A stretch of DNA of 64,000 nucleotides, from NCBI GenBank assembly GCA_963591575.1, contig CAVATL010000001.1, positions 33,036-97,035 of the forward strand, read 5' to 3'. Numbering within the stretch: the first letter of the stretch is position 1; each line of letters begins with the position of its first letter. Shown in pieces: positions 9,635 to 20,160 of this stretch. The stretch is from Candidatus Methanomethylophilaceae archaeon. Lineage in GTDB: Archaea > Thermoplasmatota > Thermoplasmata > Methanomassiliicoccales > Methanomethylophilaceae. The translations under genes and the position numbers were made by a program. Under the pieces are notes generated by a model. The model had not been told where the DNA came from. It saw nothing but the letters and a program-made list of their open reading frames with translations, and searched no databases.

Positions 9635-11062
9635 ATGTTCAAAGAAGGATACTCGAATGAACTTCCTTCAGCTCTTCTGAGGAATCTGAGGAATGCGGCC
9701 GACGCATTGAGGAGGGCCCGGTCTGTGACCGTGGTCTCGCACATCGATGCCGACGGCATCACGGCGGGGGCGATAGCATCGCAGACCCTGTCAAGGCTCG
9801 GTATTTTACACGAGCTGCATTTCGAGAAGAAGATCGCTCCGGAGACCGTTGAACAGATCAATTCGGATCCCGCTGACATCGTCTGGGTCTGTGACCTCGG
9901 CAGTGCATACATGAGCATGTTCACCCGCAACGGGATCATCGTTACCGACCACCACACCCCCGATCCGAAATGGCGCAGCGGACAGACATCCATCGATTCA
10001 TTCGGTATTGCATACAACATCAATCCGCACCTGTACGGGGTGTCTGGGTCATATGCGGTCTGCGGTGCGGGGATGACATATCTCCTTTCGAAGACCATCG
10101 ATCCGGCCAACAAGGACCTCGCCTATCTGGCGGTCATCGGAGCCATCGGAGATTTTCAGGACACGCGTGAATCGGGCCTTATCAGCTGGAACGACATCAT
10201 TCTGAAGGATGCCGTGGAGGTCGGGGACGTGGAATGCGGCACAGGGCTGCGTTATTTCGGGAGGTTCACCCGCCCGCTGATCCAGTTCCTGCAGTACGGG
10301 GAGCCTGCGGTTCCGGGACTCACCGGCGATACCGGAGCTTGTCTGGGTCTGTTTGAAAGATATGGGATACGGCTCAATGATTCCAATGGTGCCAAGCGTT
10401 CCTGGGCGGACCTGCAGGAATCCGAAAGGATGGTCATTACCGACGAGATCCTCGGTGCCGCGGTTTCGGACGATGACCGCAGGAATCTTTTCGGAGAGAT
10501 CTACACGGTGCTCAGATATGGACCCAAGACCGGGCTGAGGGATGCGAAGGAATTCGCCACCACCCTGAACTCCTGTGGAAGATACGATGATGCGGAGACC
10601 GGGGCGAGGATCTGCATGGGTGACCTTGATGCCTTGAAGGATGCGGAACACAACCGCCGCGAACACCGCAAGAACATCTCCTATGCGCTGTCATATGTGA
10701 AGGACAACCACCTTCTCCGCAGACGCAAACATGTACAGTATTTTGATGCTGGGTCTTCTATCCGCGAGACAGTTGTGGGCATCGTGGCGGGAATGGTCCT
10801 GAGTTCATCGGAGGCGGATCCGCATCTGCCCATCCTCGCCTTTGCGGAAGCGGACGACGGGGTGAAGGTGTCCGCGAGGGCATCGAAGGAACTGACCCGT
10901 AACGGACTGGATCTTTCAAAAATGATGTGCCAGTGCGCCGCAGCCGTGGGCGGCTTCGGCGGAGGTCACAATGTGGCGGCGGGTGCCACCATCCCGAAAG
11001 GGATGGAAGAGGTTTTCCTCGACAAGGTCGAGGAGATGATGGAGTCCGGCCTCAGTCCTTGA
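9635..11062 (+). CDS. DHH/DHHA1 phosphoesterase (archaeal RecJ/GAN-like)
   Basis: 'HIDADG', 'DLGS', 'DHH', 'GGGHNVAAG'. Confidence 0.9.
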   Translation: MFKEGYSNELPSALLRNLRNAADALRRARSVTVVSHIDADGITAGAIASQTLSRLGILHELHFEKKIAPETVEQINSDPADIVWVCDLGSAYMSMFTRNGIIVTDHHTPDPKWRSGQTSIDSFGIAYNINPHLYGVSGSYAVCGAGMTYLLSKTIDPANKDLAYLAVIGAIGDFQDTRESGLISWNDIILKDAVEVGDVECGTGLRYFGRFTRPLIQFLQYGEPAVPGLTGDTGACLGLFERYGIRLNDSNGAKRSWADLQESERMVITDEILGAAVSDDDRRNLFGEIYTVLRYGPKTGLRDAKEFATTLNSCGRYDDAETGARICMGDLDALKDAEHNRREHRKNISYALSYVKDNHLLRRRKHVQYFDAGSSIRETVVGIVAGMVLSSSEADPHLPILAFAEADDGVKVSARASKELTRNGLDLSKMMCQCAAAVGGFGGGHNVAAGATIPKGMEEVFLDKVEEMMESGLSP

Positions 11063-11969
11063 GGAGAGTGTACAGGACTGCCTTCTGAGCGTGAAGCCTG
11101 TTCTCTGCCTGGTCGAAGACGACGCTGTGCTTGCCTTCGATGACAGCGTTCGTGATCTCCTGTCCCCTGTGGGCGGGCAGGCAGTGCATCACGATGCAGT
11201 TGGGGCTGGCGATCGAGAGGAGATCATCGTTGATCTGGTACATCTGGAACAGTTTGATGGCGTCTGCTTCCGAGGTGGTGTCCCCCATGGAGATCCAGGT
11301 ATCGGTGTAGAGGACATCAGCTCCCTTGCAGGCGTCCTGCGGGTCGTGGGATGCGACGATCTTGCTTCCGTTCTGCTCTGCGATCTTGGCCGCTGCGAGC
11401 ATGATCTCCGCGTTGGGCATCCTGGGTGCGGGGCAGCAGGCGACCATGTCGATACCCATGATGGCACAGGCGTACAGGAGGGAGTTGCAGACGTTGTTTC
11501 CGTCTCCGAGGTAGACGAGTTTCCTTCCGCGGACGTCGCCGAACTTCTCTTTGATGGTGACGATGTCGGCGAGGGCCTGACAGGGATGTTCCAGATTGTC
11601 AAGTCCGCTGATGACGGGGATGGTGGCGGACTCTCCGAGCTTGTCCATCATCTTGTAGTCGAAGGCACGGTACATGATACCGTGGACGAAGCGGCTGAGG
11701 ACCCTTGCGGTGTCCTCGACGGTCTCGCCGTGTCCCATCTGCATCTTGGTTACATCGAGATATAATGCATGTCCGCCGAGTTCGGTGATGGCGACATCGA
11801 ATGAGGTCCTGGTCCTGGTGCTGGGTTTTTCGAACATCATGGCGAGGGTCTTTCCTTTGAGAGGGTCCCCGTGGTGTCCGCGTTCATTCTTGAGTTTGAT
11901 GGCAAGGTCGACGAGTCCGGGCCACTCATCCTTCATATCCATTACCGAGATCAGATTTTTCTTTCCCAT
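11052..11969 (-). CDS. argF: Ornithine carbamoyltransferase
   Basis: 'STRTR', 'HPCQ', 'WISMG', 'HCLP'. Confidence 0.96.
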   Translation of the reverse strand: MGKKNLISVMDMKDEWPGLVDLAIKLKNERGHHGDPLKGKTLAMMFEKPSTRTRTSFDVAITELGGHALYLDVTKMQMGHGETVEDTARVLSRFVHGIMYRAFDYKMMDKLGESATIPVISGLDNLEHPCQALADIVTIKEKFGDVRGRKLVYLGDGNNVCNSLLYACAIMGIDMVACCPAPRMPNAEIMLAAAKIAEQNGSKIVASHDPQDACKGADVLYTDTWISMGDTTSEADAIKLFQMYQINDDLLSIASPNCIVMHCLPAHRGQEITNAVIEGKHSVVFDQAENRLHAQKAVLYTLLKD

Positions 11970-12101
11970 AATTGTCTGATATAAAGAATATAATAAAATG
12001 TTTGTGAGCGGTCCGTTTCGGAACTGACGCAACAGAATCTGTCATCGGTATGCTGTGCGGAACGGAATGGATATAAATGTCCAGAGCCCGATTACGGACC
12101 C

Positions 12102-12812
12102 ATGGCCCCTACATTGGAAAACAACAAACATTATGCCGACCGTCTGAAGACCGTCCTCAGGCTCCGCTACGAGCCTGTCGCCTGCAGACTGATCAGAGAG
12201 AACGAGGAATTCCCTGCGTGCTGCACACCCGTCAAGGACCCCATCTCCCACTGTCAGGCCGTCTTCAAGGCCGCTGGAGGTGAATGTCTCGCCCTTACCG
12301 TGGAACAGGAATCCTGCCACGTCGGAGCATGTGTCCTCGGAATGATGGACACCCCCTCGAACGTCGCCACCGGTACCGCCCACTTCAACATCGGTGCCCA
12401 CGATTCGCCTGAAGCCGCCAAAGAGATGATCGACAAACGTCTCCTCGTCCCGTTCAAGACCAAGGGGGAGGTCGTCTGCCCTCTGAAGGATGCCGATTTC
12501 GTTCCCGACGTGGTCATCATCGCTGACATCCCTGAGAGGATCTACTGGGTCGTCCCTTTGGAGACCGCCGCAGGCGGAGGCCGTGCTGAATTCTCCACCG
12601 CACCGTTCCAGTGCTGCTGCGAGGATGTCGAGGCCGTTCCGATCGTCACCGGCAGGCCCAACATCTCCATCGGATGTTTCGGGTGCAGGAAAAGGACCAC
12701 CATCAAGGCCGATGAGATGGTCGTCGGTATCCCGTACGACCGTATGCCCGCTTATGTTGAGCATTTGGTCCGTTACGAGTCCGGAATCATGGCAAAAGCC
12801 AAGCGTGACTGA
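12102..12812 (+). CDS. DUF169 domain protein
   Basis: 'HCQ', 'SCHVG', 'GCFGCRK' pattern. Confidence 0.8.
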   Translation: MAPTLENNKHYADRLKTVLRLRYEPVACRLIRENEEFPACCTPVKDPISHCQAVFKAAGGECLALTVEQESCHVGACVLGMMDTPSNVATGTAHFNIGAHDSPEAAKEMIDKRLLVPFKTKGEVVCPLKDADFVPDVVIIADIPERIYWVVPLETAAGGGRAEFSTAPFQCCCEDVEAVPIVTGRPNISIGCFGCRKRTTIKADEMVVGIPYDRMPAYVEHLVRYESGIMAKAKRD

Positions 12813-13005
12813 GCCGGAACCGTATTCGCACAGAATCAAACCCCTTAAAACACTTTTTTTATGCTGTTTTCTGCATATTTGTGTTACCAGTAAAAATCAT
12901 TAAATAAAACCGAAATTCGGAACTCCGAAGAATCGGGTTTGCAGCGGAACTCCCGGGTACATCCAAAACCCGTTTTTTTGATTGAAATTCATTAAAATCC
13001 AATGG

Positions 13006-13087
13006 TTTTATATTATTTTGAACCATGTGCCGTTTTGCAAGAGGAGCGCTGTTAATTCATTTTTGCAGCGTGAATGAATAAAGGAGG
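13006..13087 (+). promoter_or_regulatory. Putative mcr TATA box (TTTTATAT) and Shine-Dalgarno AGGAGG
   Basis: TATA-like element at 13006-13013; AGGAGG at 13082-13087 before the mcrB ATG. Confidence 0.55.
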
Positions 13088-13093
13088 TATATA

Positions 13094-14422
13094 ATGCCAA
13101 AATACGAGGACAAAATTGACTTGTATGATGACTACGGCAAACGCATCGTCAAAGATGTACCGCTGGAAGCCATTAGCCCTCTGAGGAACAAAGCAATCCA
13201 GAAGGTTGCTTCGCTCACCAAGAGGACCATCGGAATTAGCCTTGACGGAATCGAGAAAGCTCTCGCAACTGGAGCAATCGCTGGAAACGTCATCAAAGGT
13301 AAAGAGATCCAGGCTTCTCTCGTCAAGGACGCAGAGAAGATCGCCAAAGACATCAAAGCTATGGTCCAGGTAGTAGATGGCGACGACACTGTCGTCAACG
13401 TCATCGACGGCGGAAAGATGATCGTTGTCATCGTTCCCGAGGCCAGGATTAACGCCGGTGTCGAGTACACCACTGGATTCACCACTGTTGCCGCAGCAGT
13501 CACCGAGGTCATCATTGACAGGTACAAAGTGCCCATGTACAAAGCCAACATGGTAAAGGCCGCTGTATGGGGTAAGTACCCTCAGACCGTCAACTTTGTC
13601 GGATCTAACATCAAGACCATCCTTGAAGTTCCCCAGATGAACGAAGGTGCAGGATTCGCACTCAGGAACATCATGTCCAACCACGTCGTTGCTCTTGTCA
13701 AGAGGAACGCCATGCAGGGTGTCGCACTCTCCGCACTTTTCGAGACCTGCGCAGCCTACGAGATGGGTGACGCAGTCGGACCCTTCGAGAGACAGCACCT
13801 TCTGTCCTTCGCATACCAGGGACTCAACGCCAACAACATCGTTTACTCCATTGTCAAAAAGAACGGAAAGACCGGTACCGTCGGAACTGTCGTCGAGTCT
13901 CTCATGGAGAGGGCAATCGACGACGGAGTCATCCGCGTAAAAGAGACCCTTCCCTCCGGATACAAGGTATACACCACCGATGACCTTCCCCTCTGGAACG
14001 CATACGCTGCAGCCGGAGAGGTTGCCGCAGTCATGGTCAACGTCGGTGCCGCAAGGGCCGCACAGGGTGTTCCCTCGACCGTACTTTACTACAACGACCT
14101 CCTTGAGCACGAGTCGGGCCTTCCTGGTGTCGATTACGGACGTGCAGAAGGTGTCGGTGTCGGTATGTCCTTCTTCTCTCACTCTATCTACGGTGGAGGA
14201 GGACCTGGACTGTTCCACGGAAACCACGTCGTTACCAGGCACGCAAAGGGAACTCTTATCCCCGCAGTAACTGCTGGTAACTGTCTCGACGGAGGAACCC
14301 AGTTCTTCTCCGCAGAGAGGACTTCCGGAGTCTTCGAGAAGATCTTCGGAGGAATGGAAGAATTCAACACACCTCTCCAGTTCGTTGGAGCAGAGGCTAA
14401 GAAGATTAAGAACAAGATCTGA
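13094..14422 (+). CDS. mcrB: Methyl-coenzyme M reductase beta subunit
   Basis: '[25 protein letters not shown]'. Confidence 0.99.
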   Translation: MPKYEDKIDLYDDYGKRIVKDVPLEAISPLRNKAIQKVASLTKRTIGISLDGIEKALATGAIAGNVIKGKEIQASLVKDAEKIAKDIKAMVQVVDGDDTVVNVIDGGKMIVVIVPEARINAGVEYTTGFTTVAAAVTEVIIDRYKVPMYKANMVKAAVWGKYPQTVNFVGSNIKTILEVPQMNEGAGFALRNIMSNHVVALVKRNAMQGVALSALFETCAAYEMGDAVGPFERQHLLSFAYQGLNANNIVYSIVKKNGKTGTVGTVVESLMERAIDDGVIRVKETLPSGYKVYTTDDLPLWNAYAAAGEVAAVMVNVGAARAAQGVPSTVLYYNDLLEHESGLPGVDYGRAEGVGVGMSFFSHSIYGGGGPGLFHGNHVVTRHAKGTLIPAVTAGNCLDGGTQFFSAERTSGVFEKIFGGMEEFNTPLQFVGAEAKKIKNKI

Positions 14423-14440
14423 GGAGATCGAGGTCTGTAA

Positions 14441-14866
14441 ATGTCTTCACCAACAGTCGAGTATGCAAACGTGCCTCTTCCCGAGGTCCGCGTTATGACG
14501 AACAGGCTTCTCAGCGCTGAGACCACCGAGAAGATTCTGTGCAGTATTGACAAGCTTGAGAACCTCCGCCAGATCAACATGTCCGGCGAGAGCCTTCCGA
14601 GGACCATCAGTAACGGTCCTGCAAAGGGAAATCTCAACAACCATACTGAGCGCAGGGTCATCAACGTGAACGGACACGAGGTCGAACTGCACTGCCTTGT
14701 CGGTGCGTTCTACATCGAACTCTCCGTCAGCGACGAAGCGGAACTCGAAGAGACTGTAGGTAAGATCAGAGCCGCCTTCGACGAGACCATCCCTGATGGT
14801 TACACGATCGATATAGGCAGGTATTCAAAGTACAGACCATCCCTTCATGACTATAGGAGTGCTTAA
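14441..14866 (+). CDS. mcrD: MCR operon protein D
   Basis: '[12 protein letters not shown]', 'GESLP..I..GPAKG'; located after mcrB. Confidence 0.95.
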   Translation: MSSPTVEYANVPLPEVRVMTNRLLSAETTEKILCSIDKLENLRQINMSGESLPRTISNGPAKGNLNNHTERRVINVNGHEVELHCLVGAFYIELSVSDEAELEETVGKIRAAFDETIPDGYTIDIGRYSKYRPSLHDYRSA

Positions 14867-14868
14867 TT

Positions 14869-15645
14869 ATGGCAAAATACAAAAGACAGTTCTTCCCGGG
14901 AACCACCACTCCTGCTAAAAACAGGCGTAAATATCTGGATCCCAAAGTAAAGCTCAAGCAGCTTCGTGACGTCCCTATGGACGATGTAGTTAGGCTCATG
15001 GGACACAGGGCCCCTGGAGAAGCCTATAAGAGCATCCACCCTCCGCTAAGTGAGGAGAACGAGCCCAAGTGCCCCATCAGGCAGCTCGTCGTCCCCATCG
15101 AGGGTGCCGCAGCAGGTGACCGTGTCAGGTACATCCAGTTCACTGACTCTGTCTACTTCGCACCCATCTCCCCCTACCAGAGGGCATGGATGTACATGTC
15201 CAGGTACAGAGGAATCGATACCGGTACCCTTTCCGGTAGGCAGATCATCGAGGTCCGTGAGAGGAACCTCGAGCAGATCGCAAAAGAGCTCGTCGACAAT
15301 GAGACCTTCGATCCCGCACTTACCGGAATCAGGGGTGCAACCGTTCACGGACACTCCTGCCGTCTCGATGAGAACGGACTCATGTTCGATGCATGGCAGA
15401 GGTACCTCTGGGACCCCAGCAAGAAAGAAGTAATGTACGTGAAAGACCAGGTTGCGCTGCCTCTCGACAAGAAGATCTATGTCGGAAAGCCCGCATCCAT
15501 GTCTGACCTCAAGAAGAGGACCACCATCTTCAGGGCAGACGGAGTCGACATGAGGGACGACAAAGAAGTCACCGACTTCTACATCAGGGTTCACAAACTC
15601 AGGACCCTTGGTGGATACAGGCCCTTCGACGTAAAAGGTGAGTGA
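14869..15645 (+). CDS. mcrG: Methyl-coenzyme M reductase gamma subunit
   Basis: '[14 protein letters not shown]', '[15 protein letters not shown]'. Confidence 0.99.
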   Translation: MAKYKRQFFPGTTTPAKNRRKYLDPKVKLKQLRDVPMDDVVRLMGHRAPGEAYKSIHPPLSEENEPKCPIRQLVVPIEGAAAGDRVRYIQFTDSVYFAPISPYQRAWMYMSRYRGIDTGTLSGRQIIEVRERNLEQIAKELVDNETFDPALTGIRGATVHGHSCRLDENGLMFDAWQRYLWDPSKKEVMYVKDQVALPLDKKIYVGKPASMSDLKKRTTIFRADGVDMRDDKEVTDFYIRVHKLRTLGGYRPFDVKGE

Positions 15646-15647
15646 AA

Positions 15648-17309
15648 ATGGCAGGTAAAGACGAGAAACTTTTCCTTGAAGCATGCAAGAAGAAATTCAA
15701 GGAAGAACCCACCAGCATGGAGACCAAGTACTACTGCTACGGCGGATGGAAACAGTCCAAGAGCAAAGTGGAATTCCAGAAGGAAGCAATGGAGATCGCC
15801 AAGAAACGTGGCTTCCCCATGATGAACGAAGACATCGGAGTGCCTCTCGGACAGAGGTCCTGGATGCCCTACCAGCTGTCCCACACGGACATCTTCGTAG
15901 AGCCCGATGACCTCCACTGCATCAACAACCCTGCAATCCAGCAGGCTTGGGATGATATCAGGAGGACTGTCCTCGTCGGACTCGACTCCCCTCACCAGAC
16001 CATCGAAAAGAGGCTTGGAAAGGAAGTCACCCCCGAGACCATCTCCGCATACCTTGAGACCGTCAACCACACCATGCCTGGAGGAGCAGTCGTTCAGGAG
16101 CACATGGCAGAGTGCAACCCTGCACTCGTTGCAGACTCTTACGTCAAGGTCTTCTCCGGAAACAGCGAACTGATCGACGAAATCGACAAGAGGTTCGTCA
16201 TCGACATCAACAAGAACTTCCCCAAGGAACAGGCTGAGCAGCTCCAGAAAGCTATCGGAAACACCCTCATGCAGGCTGTCCGCGTACCTACCATGGTCGG
16301 AAGGCTCATGGATGGAGCAACTGTCTCCAGGCACGCAGCAATGCAGATCTCCATGGCATTCATCTCCTCCTACAAACTCGCAGCAGGAGAGGCAGCCATC
16401 GCTGACTTCGCATACTCTGCAAAGCACCAGTCCATCACCATGGGATCCATGATGCCCGCAAGGCGTGTCAGGGGACCCAACGAGCCCGGAGGAATCACCT
16501 TCGGATTCCTGGACGATATGGTCCAGTCCGACCGTGTCTACCCCGACGACCCTGGACGTGCCGCACTCGAGACTGTCGCTCTCGCAGCCGGTATCTACGA
16601 CCAGGTCTACCTCGGTGGTTACATGTCCGGTGGTGTCGGATTCACCCAGTACGCTACCGCAGCATACACCGACAACATCCTCGAGGATTACGTCTACCAC
16701 GGTATCGATGTCGTCAAAGACCGCTACGGTGGCTTCTGCGGCGTCAAGCCCGATGACTACAACAAACAGATGAAACTCGCAGACGAGCTTTCATCCTACG
16801 CTCTCGAGATGTACGAGAGGTACCCCGCTGTCATGGAGACCCACTTCGGAGGATCCCAGAGGGCTACCGTCACCGCAGCATCCACCGGTATCGTCACCGC
16901 AATGGCAACCGGTGTCGCTGACAACGGTCTCAACGCCTGGTACCAGTCCATGCTCCAGCACAAGGAGAGGACCGGAAGGCTCGGATTCTACGGATTCGAC
17001 CTGCAGGACCAGTGCGGTTCCGCCAACTCCTACGCAATCAGGTCCGATGAGGGTCTGCCCATGGAGCTTCGTGGACCTAACTACCCCAACTACGCAATGA
17101 ACGTCGGACACCTTTCCGGATACGCAGGTATCCCCAAGGCAGCTCACCTTGCACGCGGAGACGCATTCGTCGCCAGTCCGTTCATCAAGGTCGCCTTCTC
17201 CGACAAAGACCTCGTCTTCGACTTCGCCAACGTTACCAAAGAGTTCGGACGCGGAGGACTCAGGGAGTTCGTCCCTGCCGGAGAGAGGACCGCAGTCATC
17301 AAGGGCTGA
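15648..17309 (+). CDS. mcrA: Methyl-coenzyme M reductase alpha subunit
   Basis: '[16 protein letters not shown]', '[14 protein letters not shown]', 'NYAMNVGH'. Confidence 0.99.
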   Translation: MAGKDEKLFLEACKKKFKEEPTSMETKYYCYGGWKQSKSKVEFQKEAMEIAKKRGFPMMNEDIGVPLGQRSWMPYQLSHTDIFVEPDDLHCINNPAIQQAWDDIRRTVLVGLDSPHQTIEKRLGKEVTPETISAYLETVNHTMPGGAVVQEHMAECNPALVADSYVKVFSGNSELIDEIDKRFVIDINKNFPKEQAEQLQKAIGNTLMQAVRVPTMVGRLMDGATVSRHAAMQISMAFISSYKLAAGEAAIADFAYSAKHQSITMGSMMPARRVRGPNEPGGITFGFLDDMVQSDRVYPDDPGRAALETVALAAGIYDQVYLGGYMSGGVGFTQYATAAYTDNILEDYVYHGIDVVKDRYGGFCGVKPDDYNKQMKLADELSSYALEMYERYPAVMETHFGGSQRATVTAASTGIVTAMATGVADNGLNAWYQSMLQHKERTGRLGFYGFDLQDQCGSANSYAIRSDEGLPMELRGPNYPNYAMNVGHLSGYAGIPKAAHLARGDAFVASPFIKVAFSDKDLVFDFANVTKEFGRGGLREFVPAGERTAVIKG

Positions 17310-17317
17310 TCGCGTAA

Positions 17318-17599
17318 ATGGAGGCCGGAGATATCGTCAAATACCTTCCCACCAACACGGTGGGCAAGGTGGTCGACATCAGGGAACGGGATGGAAAGGT
17401 CTGGGTAAAACTGGACAAGACCAACCTGTACTATGTTGCCGATACGCTCTCCCCTGCTGATGCATCGGAGTACAAGGCGGTATCTTTCAAAGACAAGGAA
17501 TCAAACAAAACCTTCAAGGGTGCAAGCACCCTTGAGGCCATCCACGCCATGGAGAGGGACGTCGACATTTCGGAGATGACCCCCTCCGGCGGAGGATGA
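17318..17599 (+). CDS. DUF2098 family protein (methanogen-specific, MCR-associated)
   Basis: 'VKYLPTNTVGKV', 'W..LD...LYY', C-terminal GGG; follows mcrA. Confidence 0.8.
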   Translation: MEAGDIVKYLPTNTVGKVVDIRERDGKVWVKLDKTNLYYVADTLSPADASEYKAVSFKDKESNKTFKGASTLEAIHAMERDVDISEMTPSGGG

Positions 17600-17875
17600 G
17601 ATCCTGTCGGTCTCCGCCTAAACCATTTCCACCCCTTCGGGGCATTTTTCTCTTTTAACTTTTGATTCTAAGGTCGGATTGGATTGTTCGATAATGCACC
17701 AATATTTAATATTATTCTCGAATTATCCATCTCTCTTTATTTTACCTGCCAACAGTCCCAGACATTCCGATTTTGTATGCGGAATTATGTGATGTTAAAA
17801 TCACATTGGATTAATCATTATATAGTCTCGATGTGAATCTGTATATGAGATATCTATCTCAAGGAGGAAAACAAA

Positions 17876-18418
17876 TTGACTGAAATCGAGCATATCGATC
17901 CTACCGGATTGGGTCTGCTGATCGTGGCAGCGGTCTCGCTGCCTCTGGCACTTAGCAACCTGATTCTGGATGGTGACATTTCTAAATTTGACGCGGGTAG
18001 TGTTGCTACCTGGCTCGGCGCCTTGATTATTTTGACCGGATTGCTGGCATATATGGCTAACAGCAGTTTCGGAATGACAGTTCTGGTGCTTGTCGGTATC
18101 GCTGTTGTGTTCAGTGGCGGAGAATTCGGTTCCCTCGGTGCATGGGGTGCAATCGTATTCGGAATCATATTCCTGTTCTTCATTTACTGGGCATACTCGC
18201 TTAAACTGCCGAAACTGATGGTACTTCTGCTTACCACGACCGCATTGATCTTCTTGCTGGTCGGAGTAATGTCGATCATGACCACCAACGGTTCGGACAT
18301 CGACGCAGTCAGGACTGCTCTCGGAATCGTTGCCCTGTTCAACTTCATCTTCAACTTCTGGCTCGGAGTCGGACTTTGCACTGAAGGATGCGAGAAGGGC
18401 AAGATCCCCTACTTCTGA
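17876..18418 (+). CDS. GPR1/FUN34/SatP-like acetate uptake membrane protein (TTG start)
   Basis: 'IDPTGLGLL' resembles the NPAPLGL signature; about 6 TM segments; AGGAGG RBS. Confidence 0.6.
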   Translation: MTEIEHIDPTGLGLLIVAAVSLPLALSNLILDGDISKFDAGSVATWLGALIILTGLLAYMANSSFGMTVLVLVGIAVVFSGGEFGSLGAWGAIVFGIIFLFFIYWAYSLKLPKLMVLLLTTTALIFLLVGVMSIMTTNGSDIDAVRTALGIVALFNFIFNFWLGVGLCTEGCEKGKIPYF

Positions 18419-18498
18419 AACTTTTTGCCCGGAAATCCGGGCTTTTTAATAGGACCAGATGCTGAATAAAAACCAGCATCTGGGACTGTGTTTTTCAA

Positions 18499-19056
18499 TC
18501 AGTTTTTGACAGGACAGTCGTTGAACGCGACGAGGACCGATGCGAACCTGGAATCGTCCGCATATCCGTTGTCTTCGCGCATGATCTTGTCCGTCGTGGG
18601 GGCCGGACTGCAGGAAAGGACATCCTTGCATCCGTTGCTTTCGTTGAGCTCCGGGAAACTGACCGGGGGCATGACGAAACGTTCTTTTCCCTCTCCTTTG
18701 ACTTCCGGGAAAAGGACGAATGATTCAAAGAGCCAGACGATGTCCGTTCTCCTTTCGTACTTGTCCTTGTTCGTGGGGAACACCTCTTCTCCGAGGATCT
18801 TTCCGTCCTCAGACTGAAGTATCACAGTGGGCTCGGGCGGAGGTCTGAACCTGGGATCTTTGATGATCGCGATGACGTGTTCTCTTTGAAGGGCTTCATT
18901 GAATCCCTGGTTGAGGGCAGCGATCTTCCCACCTGCCGCGGTGACAGTGGCCTCTTCGACCCTCATCCTTTCCAGTGTTTCCTTGCTCAGATAGAATGCA
19001 TGCCTGACCCCTTTCATGTTCTGGATTAATTCCAGGGGCAATTGAGGATTATCCAT
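18499..19056 (-). CDS. Hypothetical protein, downstream of DUF2111 gene
   Basis: Intact ORF with GAAGGT RBS; 'DPRFRPPPEPTV' and 'SCSPAP' motifs. Confidence 0.7.
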   Translation of the reverse strand: MDNPQLPLELIQNMKGVRHAFYLSKETLERMRVEEATVTAAGGKIAALNQGFNEALQREHVIAIIKDPRFRPPPEPTVILQSEDGKILGEEVFPTNKDKYERRTDIVWLFESFVLFPEVKGEGKERFVMPPVSFPELNESNGCKDVLSCSPAPTTDKIMREDNGYADDSRFASVLVAFNDCPVKN

Positions 19057-19066
19057 TGTATTACCT

Positions 19067-20032
19067 TCAAAGATCGTCGTCTTCATTGAGACGGATGAGA
19101 TTGGTGATTCCTGCCATGGACCTGATATCTACAACACCGATGGCGGCCACGGTCTTGTTGTTGACCTCCAGAGGGGTCACGATGACCCTGATACCCTTGT
19201 AAGGTCCGGAGGTGGCGACACGCCTGATCGTGGTCCCTACTTTGAGAACCTCTTCGAGCACGGCACCGGTGTAGGCGTTGTCTATGACCGCACCGTTCTC
19301 GATGCGGATACCGAGGTCGTTCTTTCCCTTCGCGCATACGGGAAGTCCGCCCACGAGATCGTGGATCATGAACGCGATGGCAAGCAGTTCCTTGGGGGAA
19401 CCCATGTCCGACATGGAGACCTGCTCCGGGGGTGTCTGGTGAAGGTCCTCGAAAAGACCCAGGCCTGCTGATACGGCACCTTCCTCCGCTATTTCCATGG
19501 TGTCTCCGGTACCGATGATGATGACATCTCCGTCGGACAGTTCAAATGTATTCCTGATGATCCTCTCTGATTTAGCGTCAAGAGGATAGTCGTTCCCGGG
19601 GAACATCAGGATGCCGTTGAGATAAAGCAGCGTGGTGGCACCTATTGCACCGGCTTTGATCGCCCTATCCCTTTCTTCGCATCCGAAGGACACCCTGTTC
19701 GCGGCTCCCGGCACCTGAACAGCGCAGTTGATCTTGCCGATGGTGAGTGAATCCACCTCGATCGGAGCAATGTTCATCGACACCCTATACCAGGTCTTTT
19801 TTCCTTCCTGGGTCAGTGCGATCCCGGACTTTCTGATGATGATGTCACCGGCTTCCGTGAGGATCGATAGGATGGTCCTGGTGCTTCCCTCTCCGATGTT
19901 GAGCAGGGATGCGAGTTTCTTACGGCCTATCGGCGATTCCTTGTTCAGACAGTACAGTGCTTTCCATATGTGGTAGTTGTTGAACTTGGGGATGGGGCCT
20001 CCCATGCGCGGACGGGATTCGATAGGTGTCAT
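19067..20032 (-). CDS. wHTH (DUF4443-like) + DUF2111 fusion protein
   Basis: N-term 'PIGRKKLASLLNIGEGSTRTIL' HTH; C-term 'YTGAVLEEVL...GPYKGIRVIVTP..IGVVD'. Confidence 0.8.
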   Translation of the reverse strand: MTPIESRPRMGGPIPKFNNYHIWKALYCLNKESPIGRKKLASLLNIGEGSTRTILSILTEAGDIIIRKSGIALTQEGKKTWYRVSMNIAPIEVDSLTIGKINCAVQVPGAANRVSFGCEERDRAIKAGAIGATTLLYLNGILMFPGNDYPLDAKSERIIRNTFELSDGDVIIIGTGDTMEIAEEGAVSAGLGLFEDLHQTPPEQVSMSDMGSPKELLAIAFMIHDLVGGLPVCAKGKNDLGIRIENGAVIDNAYTGAVLEEVLKVGTTIRRVATSGPYKGIRVIVTPLEVNNKTVAAIGVVDIRSMAGITNLIRLNEDDDL

Positions 20033-20160
20033 GGATGGATATATAATTCAACCAATATATTAAGTTTTTATATCTAAGCGCCAACATGGGATTCTTAATC
20101 CATCCAACGCATGTTGTGAAAAATGAGTCAACATTTATAGAACGGAGTATATCTGGACTT

